Below, piece after piece: positions 29,401-44,400 of a stretch of 64,000 nucleotides of DNA. The stretch covers positions 222,952,001-223,016,000 of the forward strand of contig OZ024742.1 of assembly GCA_964016885.1 (NCBI GenBank). Direction: 5' to 3'. Below the pieces are notes generated by a model. That model was given only the letters and a program-made list of their open reading frames with translations, was not told where the DNA came from and did no database searches. Made by a program: the position numbers and the translations under genes. Every line of letters starts with the position of its first letter. The first letter of the stretch is position 1. Origin of the DNA: Eledone cirrhosa (Eukaryota).

Positions 29401-32400
29401 GCTATAGTGAAAGAAGCTGTATGGTAGACATGGATGTACAGAAACTCTTCCTCTGCCTGGTAGCTATAGTGAAAGAAGCTGTATGGTAGACATGGATGTA
29501 CAGAAACTCTTCCTCTGCCTGGTAGCTATTGTGAAAGAAGCTGTATGGTAGACATTGATGTACAGAAACTCTTCTTCTCTCTGGTAGCTATAGTGAAAGA
29601 AGCTGTATGGTAGACATGGATGTACAGAAACTCTTCTTCTCTCTGGTAGCTATAGTGAAAGAAGCTGTATAGTAGACATGGATGTACAGAAACTCTTCTT
29701 CTGCCTGGTAGCTATAGTGAAAGAAGCTGTATGGTAGACATGGATGTACAGAAAGTCTTCCTCTGCCAGGTAGCTATAGTGAAAGAAGCTGTATGGTAGA
29801 CATGGATGTACAGAAACTCTTCCTCTGCCTGGTAGCTATAGTGAAAGAAGCTGTATGGTAGACATGGATGTCCAGAAACTCTTCTTCTGCCTGGTAGCTA
29901 TAGTGAAAGAAGCTGTATGGTAGACATGGATGTACAGAAACTCTTCTGCTGCCTGGTAGCTATAGTGAAAGAAGCTGTATGGTAGACATGGATGTACAGA
30001 AACTCTTCCTCTGCCTGGTAGCTATAGTGAAAGAAGCTGTATGGTAGACATGGATGTACAGAAACTCTTCCTCTGCCTGGTAGCTATAGTGAAATAAGCT
30101 GTATGGTAGACATGGATGTACAGAAACTCTTCTTCCGTCTGGTAACTATAGTGAAAGAAGCTGTATGGTAGACATGGATGTACAGAAACTCTTCTTCTGT
30201 CTGGTAACTATAGTGAAAGAAGCTGTATGGTAGACATGGATGTACAGAAACTCTCCTTCCGTCTGGTAACTATAGTGAAAGAAGCTGTATGGTAGACATG
30301 GATGTACAGAAACTCTTCTTCTGCCCGGTAGCTATAGTGAAAGAAGCTGTATGGTAGACATGGATGTACAGAAACTCTTCTGCTGCCTGGTAGCTATAGT
30401 GAAAGAAGCTGTATGGTAGACATGGATGTACAGAAAGTCTTCCTCTGCCAGGAAGCTATAGTGAAAGAAGCTGTATGGTAGACATGGATGTACAGAAACT
30501 CTTCCTCTGCCCGGTAGCTATAGTGAAAGAAGCTGTATAGTAGACATGGATGTACAGAAACTCTTCTTCTGCCTGGTAGCTATAGTGAAAAAAGCTGTAT
30601 GGTAGACATGGATGTACAGAAACTCTTCTTCTGTCTGGTAGCTATAGTGAAAGAAGCTGTATGGTAGACATGGATGTACAGAAACTCTTCTTCTGCCTGG
30701 TAGTTATAGTGAAAGAAGCTGTATGGTAGAGATGGATGTACAGAAAGTCTTCCTCTGCCAGGTAGCTATAGTGAAAGAAGCTGTATGGTAGACATGGATG
30801 TACAGAAACTCTTCTGCTGCCTGGTAGCTATAGTGAAAGAAGCTGTATGGTAGACATGGATGTACAGAAACTCTTCTTCTGCCTGGTAGCTATAGTGAAA
30901 GAAGCTGTATGGTAGACATGGATGTACAGAAACTCTTCTTCTGCCTGGTAGCTATAGTGAAAGAAGCTGTATGGTAGACATGGATGTACAGAAACTCTTC
31001 CTCTGCCTGGTAGCTATAGTGAAAGAAGCTGTATGGTAGACATGGATGTACAGAAACTCTTCTTCCGTCTGGTAACTATAGTGAAAGAAGCTGTATGGTA
31101 GACATGGATGTACAGAAACTCTTCTTCTGTCTGGTAACTATAGTGAAAGAAGCTGTATGGTAGACATGGATGTACAGAAACTCTTCTTCCGTCTGGTAAC
31201 TATAGTGAAAGAAGCTGTATGGTAGACATGGATGTACAGAAACTCTTCTTCCGTCTGGTAGCTATAGTGAAAGAAGCTGTATGGTAGACATGGATGTACA
31301 GAAACTCTTCTTCTGTCTGGTAACTATAGTGAAAGAAGCTGTATGGTAGACATGGATGTACAGAAACTCTTCTTCCGTCTGGTAACTATAGTGAAAGAAG
31401 CTGTATGGTAGACATGGATGTACAGAAACTCTTCTTCTGCCCGGTAGCTATAGTGAAAGAAGCTGTATGGTAGACATGGATGTACAGAAACTCCTCTTCT
31501 GCCTGGTAGCTATAGTGAAAGAAGCTGTATGGTAGACATGGATGTACAGAAACTCTTCCTCTGCCCGGTAGCTATAGTGAAAGAAGCTGTATAGTAGACA
31601 TGGATGTACAGAAACTCTTCTTCTGCCTGGTAGCTATAGTGAAAGAAGCTGTATGGTAGACATGGATGTACAGAAACTCTTCTTCTGCCTGGTAGCTATA
31701 GTGAAAGAAGCTGTATGGTAGAGATGGATGTACAGAAAGTCTTCCTCTGCCAGGTAGCTATAGTGAAAGAAGCTGTATGGTAGAGATGGATGTACAGAAA
31801 GTCTTCCTCTGCCTGGTAGCTATAGTGAAAGAAGCTGTATGGTAGACATGGATGTACAGAAACTCTTCTTCTGCCTGGTAGCTATTGTGAAAGAAGCTGT
31901 ATGGTAGACATTGATGTACAGAAACTCTTCTTCTCTCTGGTAGCTATAGTGAAAGAAGCTGTATGGTAGACATGGATGTACAGAAAGTCTTCCTCTGCCA
32001 GGTAGCTATAGTGAAAGAAGCTGTATGGTAGACATGGATGTACAGAAACTCTTCTTCTGCCTGGTAGCTATAGTGAAAGAAGCTGTATGGTAGACATGGA
32101 TGTACAGAAACTCTTCCTCTGCCTGGTAGCTATAGTGAAAAAAGCTGTATGGTAGACATGGATGTCCAGAAACTCTTCTTCTGCCTGGTAGCTATAGTGA
32201 AAAAAGCTGTATGGTAGACATGGATGTACAGAAACTCTTCCTCTGCCTGGTAGCTATAGTGAAAGAAGCTGTATGGTAGACATGGATGTACAGAAACTCT
32301 TCTTCTGCCTGGTAGCTATTGTGAAAGAAGCTGTATGGTAGACATTGATGTACAGAAACTCTTCTTCTCTCTGGTAGCTATAGTGAAAGAAGCTGTATGG

Positions 32401-35400
32401 TAGACATGGATGTACAGAAACTCTTCCTCTGCCCGGTAGCTATAGTGAAAGAAGCTGTATGGTAGACATGGATGTACAGAAACTCTTCCTCTGTCTGGTA
32501 GCTATAGTGAAAGAAGCTGTATGGTAGACATGGATGTACAGAAAGTCTTCCTCTGCCAGGTAGCTATAGTGAAAGAAGCTGTATGGTAGACATGGATGTT
32601 CAGAAAATCTTCTTCGGTAGCTATAGTGAAAGAAGCTGTATGGTAGACATGGATGTACAGAAAGTCTTCCTCTGCCTGGTAGCTATAGTGAAAGAAGCTG
32701 TATAGTAGACATGGATGTACAGAAACTCTTCCTCTGCCTGGTAGCTATAGTGAAAGAAGCTGTATGGTAGACATGGATGTACAGAAAGTCTTCCTCTGTC
32801 TGGTAGCTATAGTGAAAGAAGCTGTATGGTAGACATGGATGTACAGAAAATCTTCTTCTGCCCGGTAGCTATAGTGACAGAAGCTGTATGGTAGACATGG
32901 ATGTACAGAAACTCTTCCTCTGCCCGGTAGCTATAGTGAAAGAAGCTGTATGGTAGACATGGATGTACAGAAACTCTTCTTCTGCCTGGTAGCTATAGTG
33001 AAAGAAGCTGTATGGTAGACATGGATGTACAGAAACTCTTCCTCTGTCTGGTAGCTATAGTGAAAGAAGCTGTATGGTAGACATGGATGTACAGAAAGTC
33101 TTCCTCTGCCAGGTAGCTATAGTGAAAGAAGCTGTATGGTAGACATGGATGTACAGAAACTCTTCTTCTGCCTGGTAGCTATAGTGAAAGAAGCTGTATG
33201 GTAGACATGGATGTACAGAAACTCTTCCTCTGCCTGGTAGCTATAGTGAAAGAAGCTGTATGGTAGACATGGATGTCCAGAAACTCTTCTTCTGCCTGGT
33301 AGCTATAGTGAAAGAAGCTGTATGGTAGACATGGATGTACAGAAGGTCTTCTGTCTGGTAGCTATAGTGAAAGAAGCTGTATGGTAGACATGGATGTACA
33401 GGAACTCTTCTTCTGTCTGGTGGCTATAGTGAGAGAAGCTGTATGGTAGACATGGATGTACAGAAAGTCTTCTGTCTGGTAGCTATAGTGAAAGAAGCTG
33501 TATGGTAGACATGGATGTACAGGAACTCTTCTTCTGTCTGGTCGCTATAGTGAAAGAAGCTGTATGGTAGACATGGATGTACAGAAACTCTTCTTCTGCC
33601 TGGTAGTTATAGTGAAAGAAACTGTATGGTAGACATGGATGTACAGAAAGTCTTCTTCTGCCTGGTAGCTATAGTGAAAGAAGCTGTATGGTAGACATGG
33701 ATGTACAGAAACTCTTCTTCTGCCTGGTAGCTATAGTGAAAGAAGCTGTATGGTAGACATGGATGTACAGAAACTCTTCTACTGCCTGGTAGCTATAGTG
33801 AAAGAAGCTGTATGGTAGACATGGATGTACAGAAAGTCTTCTGTCTGGTAGCTATAGTGAAAGAAGCTGTATGGTAGACATGGATGTACAGGAACTCTTC
33901 TTCTGTCTGGTGGCTATAGTGAGAGAAGCTGTATGGTAGACATGGATGTACAGAAAGTCTTCTGTCTGGTAGCTATAGTGAAAGAAGCTGTATGGTAGAC
34001 ATGGATGTACAGGAACTCTTCTTCTGTCTGGTCGCTATAGTCAAAGAAGCTGTATGGTAGACATGGATGTACAGAAACTCTTCTTCTGCCTGGTAGCTAT
34101 AGTGAAAGAAACTGTATGGTAGACATGGATGTACAGAAAGTCTTCTTCTGCCTGGTAGCTATAGTGAAAGAAGCTGTATGGTAGACATGGATGTACAGAA
34201 ACTCTTCCTCTGCCTGGTAGCTATAGTGAAAGAAGCTGTATGGTAGACATGGATGTACAGAAACTCTTCCTCTGCCTGGTAGCTATAGTGAAAGAAGCTG
34301 TATGGTAGACATGGATGTACAGAAACTCTTCTACTGCCTGGTAGCTATAGTGAAAGAAGCTGTATGGTAGACATGGATGTACAGAAAGTCTTCTGTCTGG
34401 TAGCTATAGTGAAAGAAGCTGTATGGTAGACATGGATGTACAGGAACTCTTCTTCTGTCTGGTGGCTATAGTGAGAGAAGCTGTATGGTAGACATGGATG
34501 TACAGAAAGTCTTCTGTCTGGTAGCTATAGTGAAAGAAGCTGTATGGTAGACATGGATGTACAGGAACTCTTCTTCTGTCTGGTCGCTATAGTCAAAGAA
34601 GCTGTATGGTAGACATGGATGTACAGAAACTCTTCTTCTGCCTGGTAGCTATAGTGAAAGAAACTGTATGGTAGACATGGATGTACAGAAAGTCTTCTTC
34701 TGCCTGGTAGCTATAGTGAAAGAAGCTGTATGGTAGACATGGATGTACAGAAACTCTTCCTCTGCCTGGCAGCTATAGTGAAATAAGCTGTATGGTAGAC
34801 ATGGATGTACAGAAACTCTTCTTCCGTCTGGTAACTATAGTGAAAGAAGCTGTATGGTAGACATGGATGTACAGAAACTCTTCCTCTGCCTGGTAGCTAT
34901 AGTGAAAGAAGCTGTATGGTAGACATGGATGTACAGAAACTCTTCCTCTGCCTGGTAGCTATAGTGAAATAAGCTGTATGGTAGACATGGATGAACAGAA
35001 ACTCTTCTTCCGTCTGGTAACTATAGTGAAAGAAGCTGTATGGTAGACATGGATGTACAGAAACTCTTCTTCTGTCTGGTAACTATAGTGAAAGAAGCTG
35101 TATGGTAGACATGGATGTACAGAAACTCTTCTTCCGTCTGGTAACTATAGTGAAAGAAGCTGTATGGTAGACATGGATGTACAGAAACTCTTCTTCTGCC
35201 CGGTAGCTATAGTGAAAGAAGCTGTATGGTAGACATGGATGTACAGAAACTCTTTTGCCTGGTAGCTATAGTGAAAGAAGCTGTATGGTAGACATGGATG
35301 TACAGAAACTCTTCTTCTGCCTGGTAGCTATAGTGAAAGAAGCTGTATGGTAGACATGGATGTACAGAAACTCTTCTTCTGCCTGGTAGCTATAGTGAAA

Positions 35401-38400
35401 GAAGCTGTATGGTAGACATGGATGTACAGAAACTCTTCTTCTGCCTGGTAGCTATAGTGAAAGAAGCTGTATGGTAGACATGGATGTACAGAAACTCTTC
35501 CTCTGTCTGGTAGCTATAGTGAAAGAAGCTGTATGGTAGACATGGATGTACAGAAACTCTTCCTCTGCCCGGTAGCTATAGTGAAAGAAGCTGTATGGTA
35601 GACATGGATGTACAGAAACTCTTCCTCTGCCCGGTAGCTATAGTGAAAGAAGCTGTATGGTAGACATGGATGTACAGAAACTCTTCCTCTGCCCGGTAGC
35701 TATAGTGAAAGAAGCTGTATGGTAGACATGGATGTACAGAAAGTCTTCTTCTGCCCGGTAGCTATAGTGAAAGAAGCTGTATGGTAGACATAGATGTACA
35801 GAAACTCTTCTGCTGCCTGGTAGCTATAGTGAAAGAAGCTGTATGGTAGACATGGATGTACAGAAACTCTTCTGCCTGGTAGCTATAGTGAAAGAAGCTG
35901 TATGGTAGACATGGATGTACAGAAACTCTTCTTCTGCCTGGTAGCTATAGTGAAAGAAGCTGTATGGTAGACATGGATGTACAGAAACTCTTCCTCTGTC
36001 TGGTAGCTATAGTGAAAGAAGCTGTATGGTAGACATGAATGTACAGAAACTCTTCCTCTGTCTGGTAGCTATAGTGAAAGAAGCTGTATGGTAGACATGG
36101 ATGTACAGAAACTCTTCCTCTGCCTGGTAGCTATAGTGAAAGAAGCTGTATGGTAGACATGGATGTACAGAAACTCTTCCTCTGTCTGGTAGCTATAGTG
36201 AAAGAAGCTGTATGGTAGACATGGATGTACAGAAACTCTTCCTCTGTCTGGTAGCTATAGTGAAAGAAGCTGTATGGTAGACATGGATGTACAGAAACTC
36301 TTCTTCTGCCTGGTAGCTATAGTGAAAGAAGCTGTATGGTAGACATGGATGTACAGAAACTCTTCTGCCTGGTAGCTATAGTGAAAGAAGCTGTATGGTA
36401 GACATGGATGTACAGAAACTCTTCCTCTGCCCGGTAGCTATAGTGAAAGAAGCTGTATGGTAGACATGGATGTACAGAAACTCTTCCTCTGCCTGGTAGC
36501 TATAGTGAAAGAAGCTGTATGGTAGACATGGATGTACAGAAACTCTTCCTCTGCCTGGTAGCTATAGTGAAAGAAGCTGTATGGTAGACATGGATGTACA
36601 GAAACTCTTCCTCTGCCTGGTAGCTATAGTGAAAGAAGCTGTATGGTAGACATGGATGTACAGAAACTCTTCCTCTGTCTGGTAGCTATAGTGAAAGAAG
36701 CTGTATGGTAGACATGGATGTACAGAAACTCTTCCTCTGCCCGGTAGCTATAGTGAAAGAAGCTGTATGGTAGACATGGATGTACAGAAACTCTTCCTCT
36801 GCCTGGTAGTTATAGTGAAAGAAGCTGTATGGTAGACATGGATGTCCAGAAACTCTTCTTCTGCCTGGTAGCTATAGTGAAAGAAGCTGTATGGTAGACA
36901 TGGATGTACAGAAGGTCTTCTGTCTGGTAGCTATAGTGAAAGAAGCTGTATGGTAGACATGGATGTACAGGAACTCTTCTTCTGTCTGGTGGCTATAGTG
37001 AGAGAAGCTGTATGGTAGACATGGATGTACAGAAAGTCTTCTGTCTGGTAGCTATAGTGAAAGAAGCTGTATGGTAGACATGGATGTACAGGAAGTCTTC
37101 TTCTGTCTGGTCGCTATAGTGAAAGAAGCTGTATGGTAGACATGGATGTACAGAAACTCTTCTTCTGCCTGGTAGCTATAGTGAAAGAAACTGTATGGTA
37201 GACATGGATGTACAGAAAGTCTTCTTCTGCTTGGTAGCTATAGTGAAAGAAGCTGTATGGTAGACATGGATGTACAGAAACTCTTCTTCTGCCTGGTAGC
37301 TATAGTGAAAGAAGCTGTATGGTAGACATGGATGTACAGAAACTCTTCCTCTGCCCGGTAGCTATAGTGAAAGAAGCTGTATGGTAGACATGGATGTACA
37401 GAAACTCTTCTACTGCCTGGTAGCTATAGTGAAAGAAGCTGTATGGTAGACATGGATGTACAGAAACTCTTCTTCTGCCTGGTAGCTATAGTGAAAGAAG
37501 CTGTATGGTAGACATGGATGTACAGAAACTCTTCCTCTGCCCGGTAGCTATAGTGAAAGAAGCTGTATGGTAGACATGGATGTACAGAAACTCTTCTTCT
37601 GCCTGGTAGCTATAGTGAAAGAAGCTGTATGGTAGACATGGATGCACAGAAACTCTTCATTCTGTCTGGTAACTATAGTGAAAGAAGCTGTATGGTAGAC
37701 ATGGATGTACAGAAACTCTTCTTCTGTCTGGTAACTATAGTGAAAGAAGCTGTATGGTAGACATGGATGTACTAGAAACTCTTCTTCTGTCTGGTAACTA
37801 TAGTGAAAGAAGCTGTATGGTAGACATGGATGTACAGAAACTCTTTTGCCTGGCAGCTATAGTGAAAGAAGCTGTATGGTAGACATGGATGTACAGAAAC
37901 TCTTCTCCTGACTGGTAGCTATAGTGAAAGAAGCTGTATGGTAGACATGGATGTACAGAAACTCTTCCTCTGCCCGGTAGCTATAGTGAAAGAAGCTGTA
38001 TGGTAGACATGGATGTACAGAAACTCTTCTTCTGTCTGGTAGCTATAGTGAAAGAAGCTGTATGGTAGACATGGATGTACAGAAACTCTTCCTCTGCCCG
38101 GTAGCTATAGTGAAAGAAGCTGTATGGTAGACATGGATGTACAGAAACTCTTCCTCTGCCCGGTAGCTATAGTGAAAGAAGCTGTATGGTAGACATGGAT
38201 GTACAGAAACTCTTTTGCCTGGCAGCTATAGTGAAAGAAGCTGTATGGTAGACATGGATGTACAGAAACTCTTCTTCTGTCTGGTAACTATAGTGAAAGA
38301 AGCTGTATGGTAGACATGGATGTTCAGAAAATCTTCCTCTGCCCGGTAGCTATAGTGAAAGAAGCTGTATGGTAGACATGGATGTACAGAAAGTCTTCCT

Positions 38401-41400
38401 CTCCCTGGTAGCTATAGTGAAAGAAGCTGTATGGTAGACATGGATGTACAGAAACTCTTCCTCTGTCTGGTAGCTATAGTGAAAGAAGCTGTATGGTAGA
38501 CATGGATGTACAGAAACTCCTCTTCTGCCTGGTAGCTATAGTGAAAGAAGCTGTATGGTAGACATGGATGTACAGAAACTCTTCTTCTGCCCGGTAGCTA
38601 TAGTGAAAGAAGCTGTATGGTAGACATGGATGTACAGAAACTCTTCTTCTGCCTGGTAGCTATAGTGAAAGAAGCTGTATGGTAGACATGGATGTACAGA
38701 AACTCTTCTTCTGCCTGGTAGCTATAGTGAAAGAAGCTGTATGGTAGACATTGATGTACAGAAACTCTTCTTCTGCCTGGTAGCTATAGTGAAATAAGCT
38801 GTTTCGTAGACATGGATGTACAGAAACTCTTCTTCCGTCTGGTAACTATAGTGAAAGAAGCTGTATGGTAGACATGGATGTACAGAAACTCTTCTTCTGT
38901 CTGGTAACTATAGTGAAAGAAGCTGTATGGTAGACATGGATGTACAGAAACTCTTCTTCTGCCTGGTAGCTATAGTGAAAGAAGCTGTATGGTAGACATG
39001 GATGTACAGAAACTCTTTTGCCTGGCAGCTATAGTGAAAGAAGCTGTATGGTAGACATGATTGTACAGAAACTCTTCTTCTGCCTGGTAGCTATAGTGAA
39101 AGAAGCTGTATGGTAGACATGGATGTACAGAAACTCTTTTGCCTGGCAGCTATAGTGAAAGAAGCTGTATGGTAGACATTGATGTACAGAAACTCTTCTT
39201 CTGCCTGGTAGCTATAGTGAAAGAAGCTGTATGGTAGACATGGATGTACAGAAACTCTTCCTCTGCTTGGTAGCTATAGTGAAATAAGCTGTATGGTAGA
39301 CATGGATGCACAGAAACTCTTCATTCTGTCTGGTAACTATAGTGAAAGAAGCTGTATGGTAGACATGAACGTACAGAAACTCTTCCTCTGCCTGGTAGCT
39401 ATAGTGAAAGAAGCTGTATGGTAGACATGGATGTACAGAAACTCTTCCTCTGCCTGGTAGCTATAGTGAAATAAGCTGTATGGTAGACATGGATGTACAG
39501 AAACTCTTCTTCCGTCTGGTAACTATAGTGAAAGAAGCTGTATGGTAGACATGGATGTACAGAAACTCTTCTTCTGTCTGGTAACTATAGTGAAAGAAGC
39601 TGTATGGTAGACATGGATGTACAGAAACTCCTCTTCTGCCTGGTAGCTATAGTGAAAGAAGCTGTATGGTAGACATGGATGTACAGAAACTCTTCCTCTG
39701 CCCGGTAGCTATAGTGAAAGAAGCTGTATGGTAGACATGGATGTACAGAAACTCTTCTTCCGTCTGGTAACTATAGTGAAAGAAGCTGTATGGTAGACAT
39801 GGATGTACAGAAACTCTTCTTCTGCCCGGTAGCTATAGTGAAAGAAGCTGTATGGTAGACATGGATGTACAGAAACTCCTCCTCTGCCCGGTAGCTATAG
39901 TGAAAGAAGCTGTATGGTAGACATGGATGTACAGAAACTCTTCTTCTGTCTGGTAGCTATAGTGAAAGAAGCTGTATGGTAGACATGGACGTACAGAAAC
40001 TCTTCTGCCTGGTAGCTATAGTGAAAGAAGCTGTATGGTAGACATGGATGTACAGAAACTCTTCTGCTGCCCGGTAGCTATAGTGAAAGAAGCTGTATGG
40101 TAGACATGGATGTACAGAAACTCTTCTGCTGCCCGGTAGCTATAGTGAAAGAAGCTGTATGGTAGACATGGATGTACAGAAACTCCTCTTCTGCCTGGTA
40201 GCTATAGTGAAAGAAGCTGTATGGTAGACATGGATGTACAGAAACTCTTCCTCTGCCCGGTAGCTATAGTGAAAGAAGCTGTATGGTAGACATGGATGTA
40301 CAGAAACTCCTCTTCTGCCTGGTAGCTATAGTGAAAGAAGCTGTATGGTAGACATGGATGTACAGAAACTCTTCTGCTGCCTGGTAGCTATAGTGAAAGA
40401 AGCTGTATGGTAGACATGGATGTACAGAAACTCTTCTGCTGCCTGGTAGCTATAGTGAAAGAAGCTGTATGGTAGACATGGATGTACAGAAACTCTTCTT
40501 CTGCCTGGTAGCTATAGTGAAAGAAGCTGTATGGTAGACATGGATGTACAGAAACTCTTCTTCTGCCCGGTAGCTATAGTGAAAGAAGCTGTATGGTAGA
40601 CATGGATGTACAGAAACTCTTCTGCTGCCTGGTAGCTATAGTGAAAGAAGCTGTATGGTAGACATGGATGTACAGAAACTCTTCTGCTGCCTGGTAGCTA
40701 TAGTGAAAGAAGCTGTATGGTAGACATGGATGTACAGAAACTCTTCTGCTGCCTGGTAGCTATAGTGAAAGAAGCTGTATGGTAGACATGGATGTACAGA
40801 AACTCTTCTTCTGCCTGGTAGCTATAGTGAAAGAAGCTGTATGGTAGACATGGATGTACAGAAACTCTTCTGCTGCCTGGTAGCTATAGTGAAAGAAGCT
40901 GTATGGTAGACATGGATGTACAGAAACTCTTCCTCTGCCTGGTAGCTATAGTGAAAGAAGATGTATGGTAGACATGGATGTTCAGAAACTCTTCTGCTGC
41001 CTGGTAGCTATAGTGAAAGAAGCTGTATGGTAGACATGGATGTACAGAAACTCTTCTTCTGCCTGGTAGCTATAGTGAAAGAAGCTGTATGGTAGACATG
41101 GATGTACAGAAACTCTTCTGCTGCCTGGTAGCTATAGTGAAAGAAGCTGTATGGTAGACATGGATGTACAGAAACTCTTCCTCTGCCTGGTAGCTATAGT
41201 GAAAGAAGATGTATGGTAGACATGGATGTACAGAAACTCTTCTGCTGCCTGGTAGCTATAGTGAAAGAAGCTGTATGGTAGACATGGATGTACAGAAACT
41301 CTTCCTCTGCCTGGTAGCTATAGTGAAAGAAGCTGTATGGTAGACATGGATGTCCAGAAACTCTTCTTCTGCCTGGTAGCTATAGTGAAAGAAGCTGTAT

Positions 41401-44400
41401 GGTAGACATGGATGTACAGAAGGTCTTCTGTCTGGTAGCTATAGTGAAAGAAGCTGTATGGTAGACATGGATGTACAGGAACTCTTCTTCTGTCTGGTGG
41501 CTATAGTGAGAGAAGCTGTATGGTAGACATGGATGTACAGAAAGTCTTCTGTCTGGTAGCTATAGTGAAAGAAGCTGTATGGTAGACATGGATGTACAGG
41601 AAGTCTTCTTCTGTCTGGTCGCTATAGTGAAAGAAGCTGTATGGTAGACATGGATGTACAGAAACTCTTCTTCTGCCTGGTAGCTATAGTGAAAGAAACT
41701 GTATGGTAGACATGGATGTACAGAAAGTCTTCTTCTGCTTGGTAGCTATAGTGAAAGAAGCTGTATGGTAGACATGGATGTACAGAAACTCTTCTTCTGC
41801 CTGGTAGCTATAGTGAAAGAAGCTGTATGGTAGACATGGATGTACAGAAACTCTTCCTCTGCCCGGTAGCTATAGTGAAAGAAGCTGTATGGTAGACATG
41901 GATGTACAGAAACTCTTCTACTGCCTGGTAGCTATAGTGAAAGAAGCTGTATGGTAGACATGGATGTACAGAAAGTCTTCTTCTGCTTGGTAGCTATAGT
42001 GAAAGAAGCTGTATGGTAGACATGGATGTACAGAAACTCTTCTTCTGCCTGGTAGCTATAGTGAAAGAAGCTGTATGGTAGACATGGATGTTCAGAAAAT
42101 CTTCCTCTGCCCGGTAGCTATAGTGAAAGAAGCTGTATGGTAGACATGGATGTACAGAAAGTCTTCCTCTCCCTGGTAGCTATAGTGAAAGAAGCTGTAT
42201 GGTAGACATGGATGTACAGAAACTCTTCCTCTGTCTGGTAGCTATAGTGAAAGAAGCTGTATGGTAGACATGGATGTACAGAAACTCCTCTTCTGCCTGG
42301 TAGCTATAGTGAAAGAAGCTGTATGGTAGACATGGATGTACAGAAACTCTTCTTCTGCCCGGTAGCTATAGTGAAAGAAGCTGTATGGTAGACATGGATG
42401 TACAGAAACTCTTCTTCTGCCTGGTAGCTATAGTGAAAGAAGCTGTATGGTAGACATTGATGTACAGAAACTCTTCTTCTGCCTGGTAGCTATAGTGAAA
42501 TAAGCTGTTTCGTAGACATGGATGTACAGAAACTCTTCTTCCGTCTGGTAACTATAGTGAAAGAAGCTGTATGGTAGACATGGATGTACAGAAACTCCTC
42601 TTCTGCCCGGTAGCTATAGTGAAAGAAGCTGTATGGTAGACATGGATGTACAGAAACTCTTCCTCTGCCCGGTAGCTATAGTGAAAGAAGCTGTATGGTA
42701 GACATGGATGTACAGAAACTCTTCTTCTGCCCGGTAGCTATAGTGAAAGAAGCTGTATGGTAGACATGGATGTAAAGAAACTCCTCTTCTGCCTGGTAGC
42801 TATAGTGAAAGAAGCTGTATGGTAGACATGGATGTACAGAAACTCTTCCTCTGCCCGGTAGCTATAGTGAAAGAAGCTGTATGGTAGACATGGATGTACA
42901 GAAACTCTTCTGCTGCCCGGTAGCTATAGTGAAAGAAGCTGTATGGTAGACATGGATGTACAGAAACTCTTCTGCTGCCCGGTAGCTATAGTGAAAGAAG
43001 CTGTATGGTAGACATGGATGTACAGAAACTCCTCTTCTGCCTGGTAGCTATAGTGAAAGAAGCTGTATGGTAGACATGGATGTACAGAAACTCTTCCTCT
43101 GCCCGGTAGCTATAGTGAAAGAAGCTGTATGGTAGACATGGATGTACAGAAACTCCTCTTCTGCCTGGTAGCTATAGTGAAAGAAGCTGTATGGTAGACA
43201 TGGATGTACAGAAACTCTTCCTCTGCCCGGTAGCTATAGTGAAAGAAGCTGTATGGTAGACATGGATGTACAGAAACTCCTCTTCTGCCTGGTAGCTATA
43301 GTGAAAGAAGCTGTATGGTAGACATGGATGTACAGAAACTCTTCCTCTGCCCGGTAGCTATAGTGAAAGAAGCTGTATGGTAGACATGGATGTACAGAAA
43401 CTCCTCTTCTGCCTGGTAGCTATAGTGAAAGAAGCTGTATGGTAGACATGGATGTACAGAAACTCTTCCTCTGCCCGGTAGCTATAGTGAAAGAAGCTGT
43501 ATGGTAGACATGGATGTACAGAAACTCCTCTTCTGCCTGGTAGCTATAGTGAAAGAAGCTGTATGGTAGACATGGATGTACAGAAACTCTTCCTCTGCCC
43601 GGTAGCTATAGTGAAAGAAGCTGTATGGTAGACATGGATGTACAGAAACTCCTCTTCTGCCTGGTAGCTATAGTGAAAGAAGCTGTATGGTAGACATGGA
43701 TGTACAGAAACTCTTCCTCTGCCCGGTAGCTATAGTGAAAGAAGCTGTATGGTAGACATGGATGTACAGAAAGTCTTCCTCTGCCTGGTAGCTATAGTGA
43801 AAGAAGCTGTATAGTAGACATGGATGTACAGAAAGTCTTCCTCTGCCAGGAAGCTATAGTGAAAGAAGCTGTATGGTAGACATGGATGTACAGAAACTCT
43901 TCTTCTGTCTGGTAGCTATAGTGAAAGAAGCTGTATGGTAGACATGGATGTACAGAAACTCTTCCTCTGCCTGGTAGCTATAGTGAAAGAAGCTTTATGG
44001 TAGACATGGATGTACAGAAACTCTTCTTCTGCCTGGTAGCTATAGTGAAAGAAGCTGTAAGGTAGACATGGATGTACAGAAACTCTTCTTCTGCCTGGTA
44101 GCTATAGTGAAAGAAGCTGTATGGTAGACATGGATGTACAGAAACTCTTCCTCTGCCTGGTAGCTATAGTGAAAGAAGCTTTATGGTAGACATGGATGTA
44201 CAGAAACTCTTCTGCCTGGTAGCTATAGTGAAAGAAGCTGTATGGTAGACATGGATGTACAGAAACTCTTCTGCTGCCTGGTAGCTATAGTGAAAGAAGC
44301 TGTATGGTAGACATGGATGTACAGAAACTCTTCCTCTGCCTGGTAGCTATAGTGAAAGAAGCTGTATGGTAGACATGGATGTACAGAAACTCTTCTGCTG

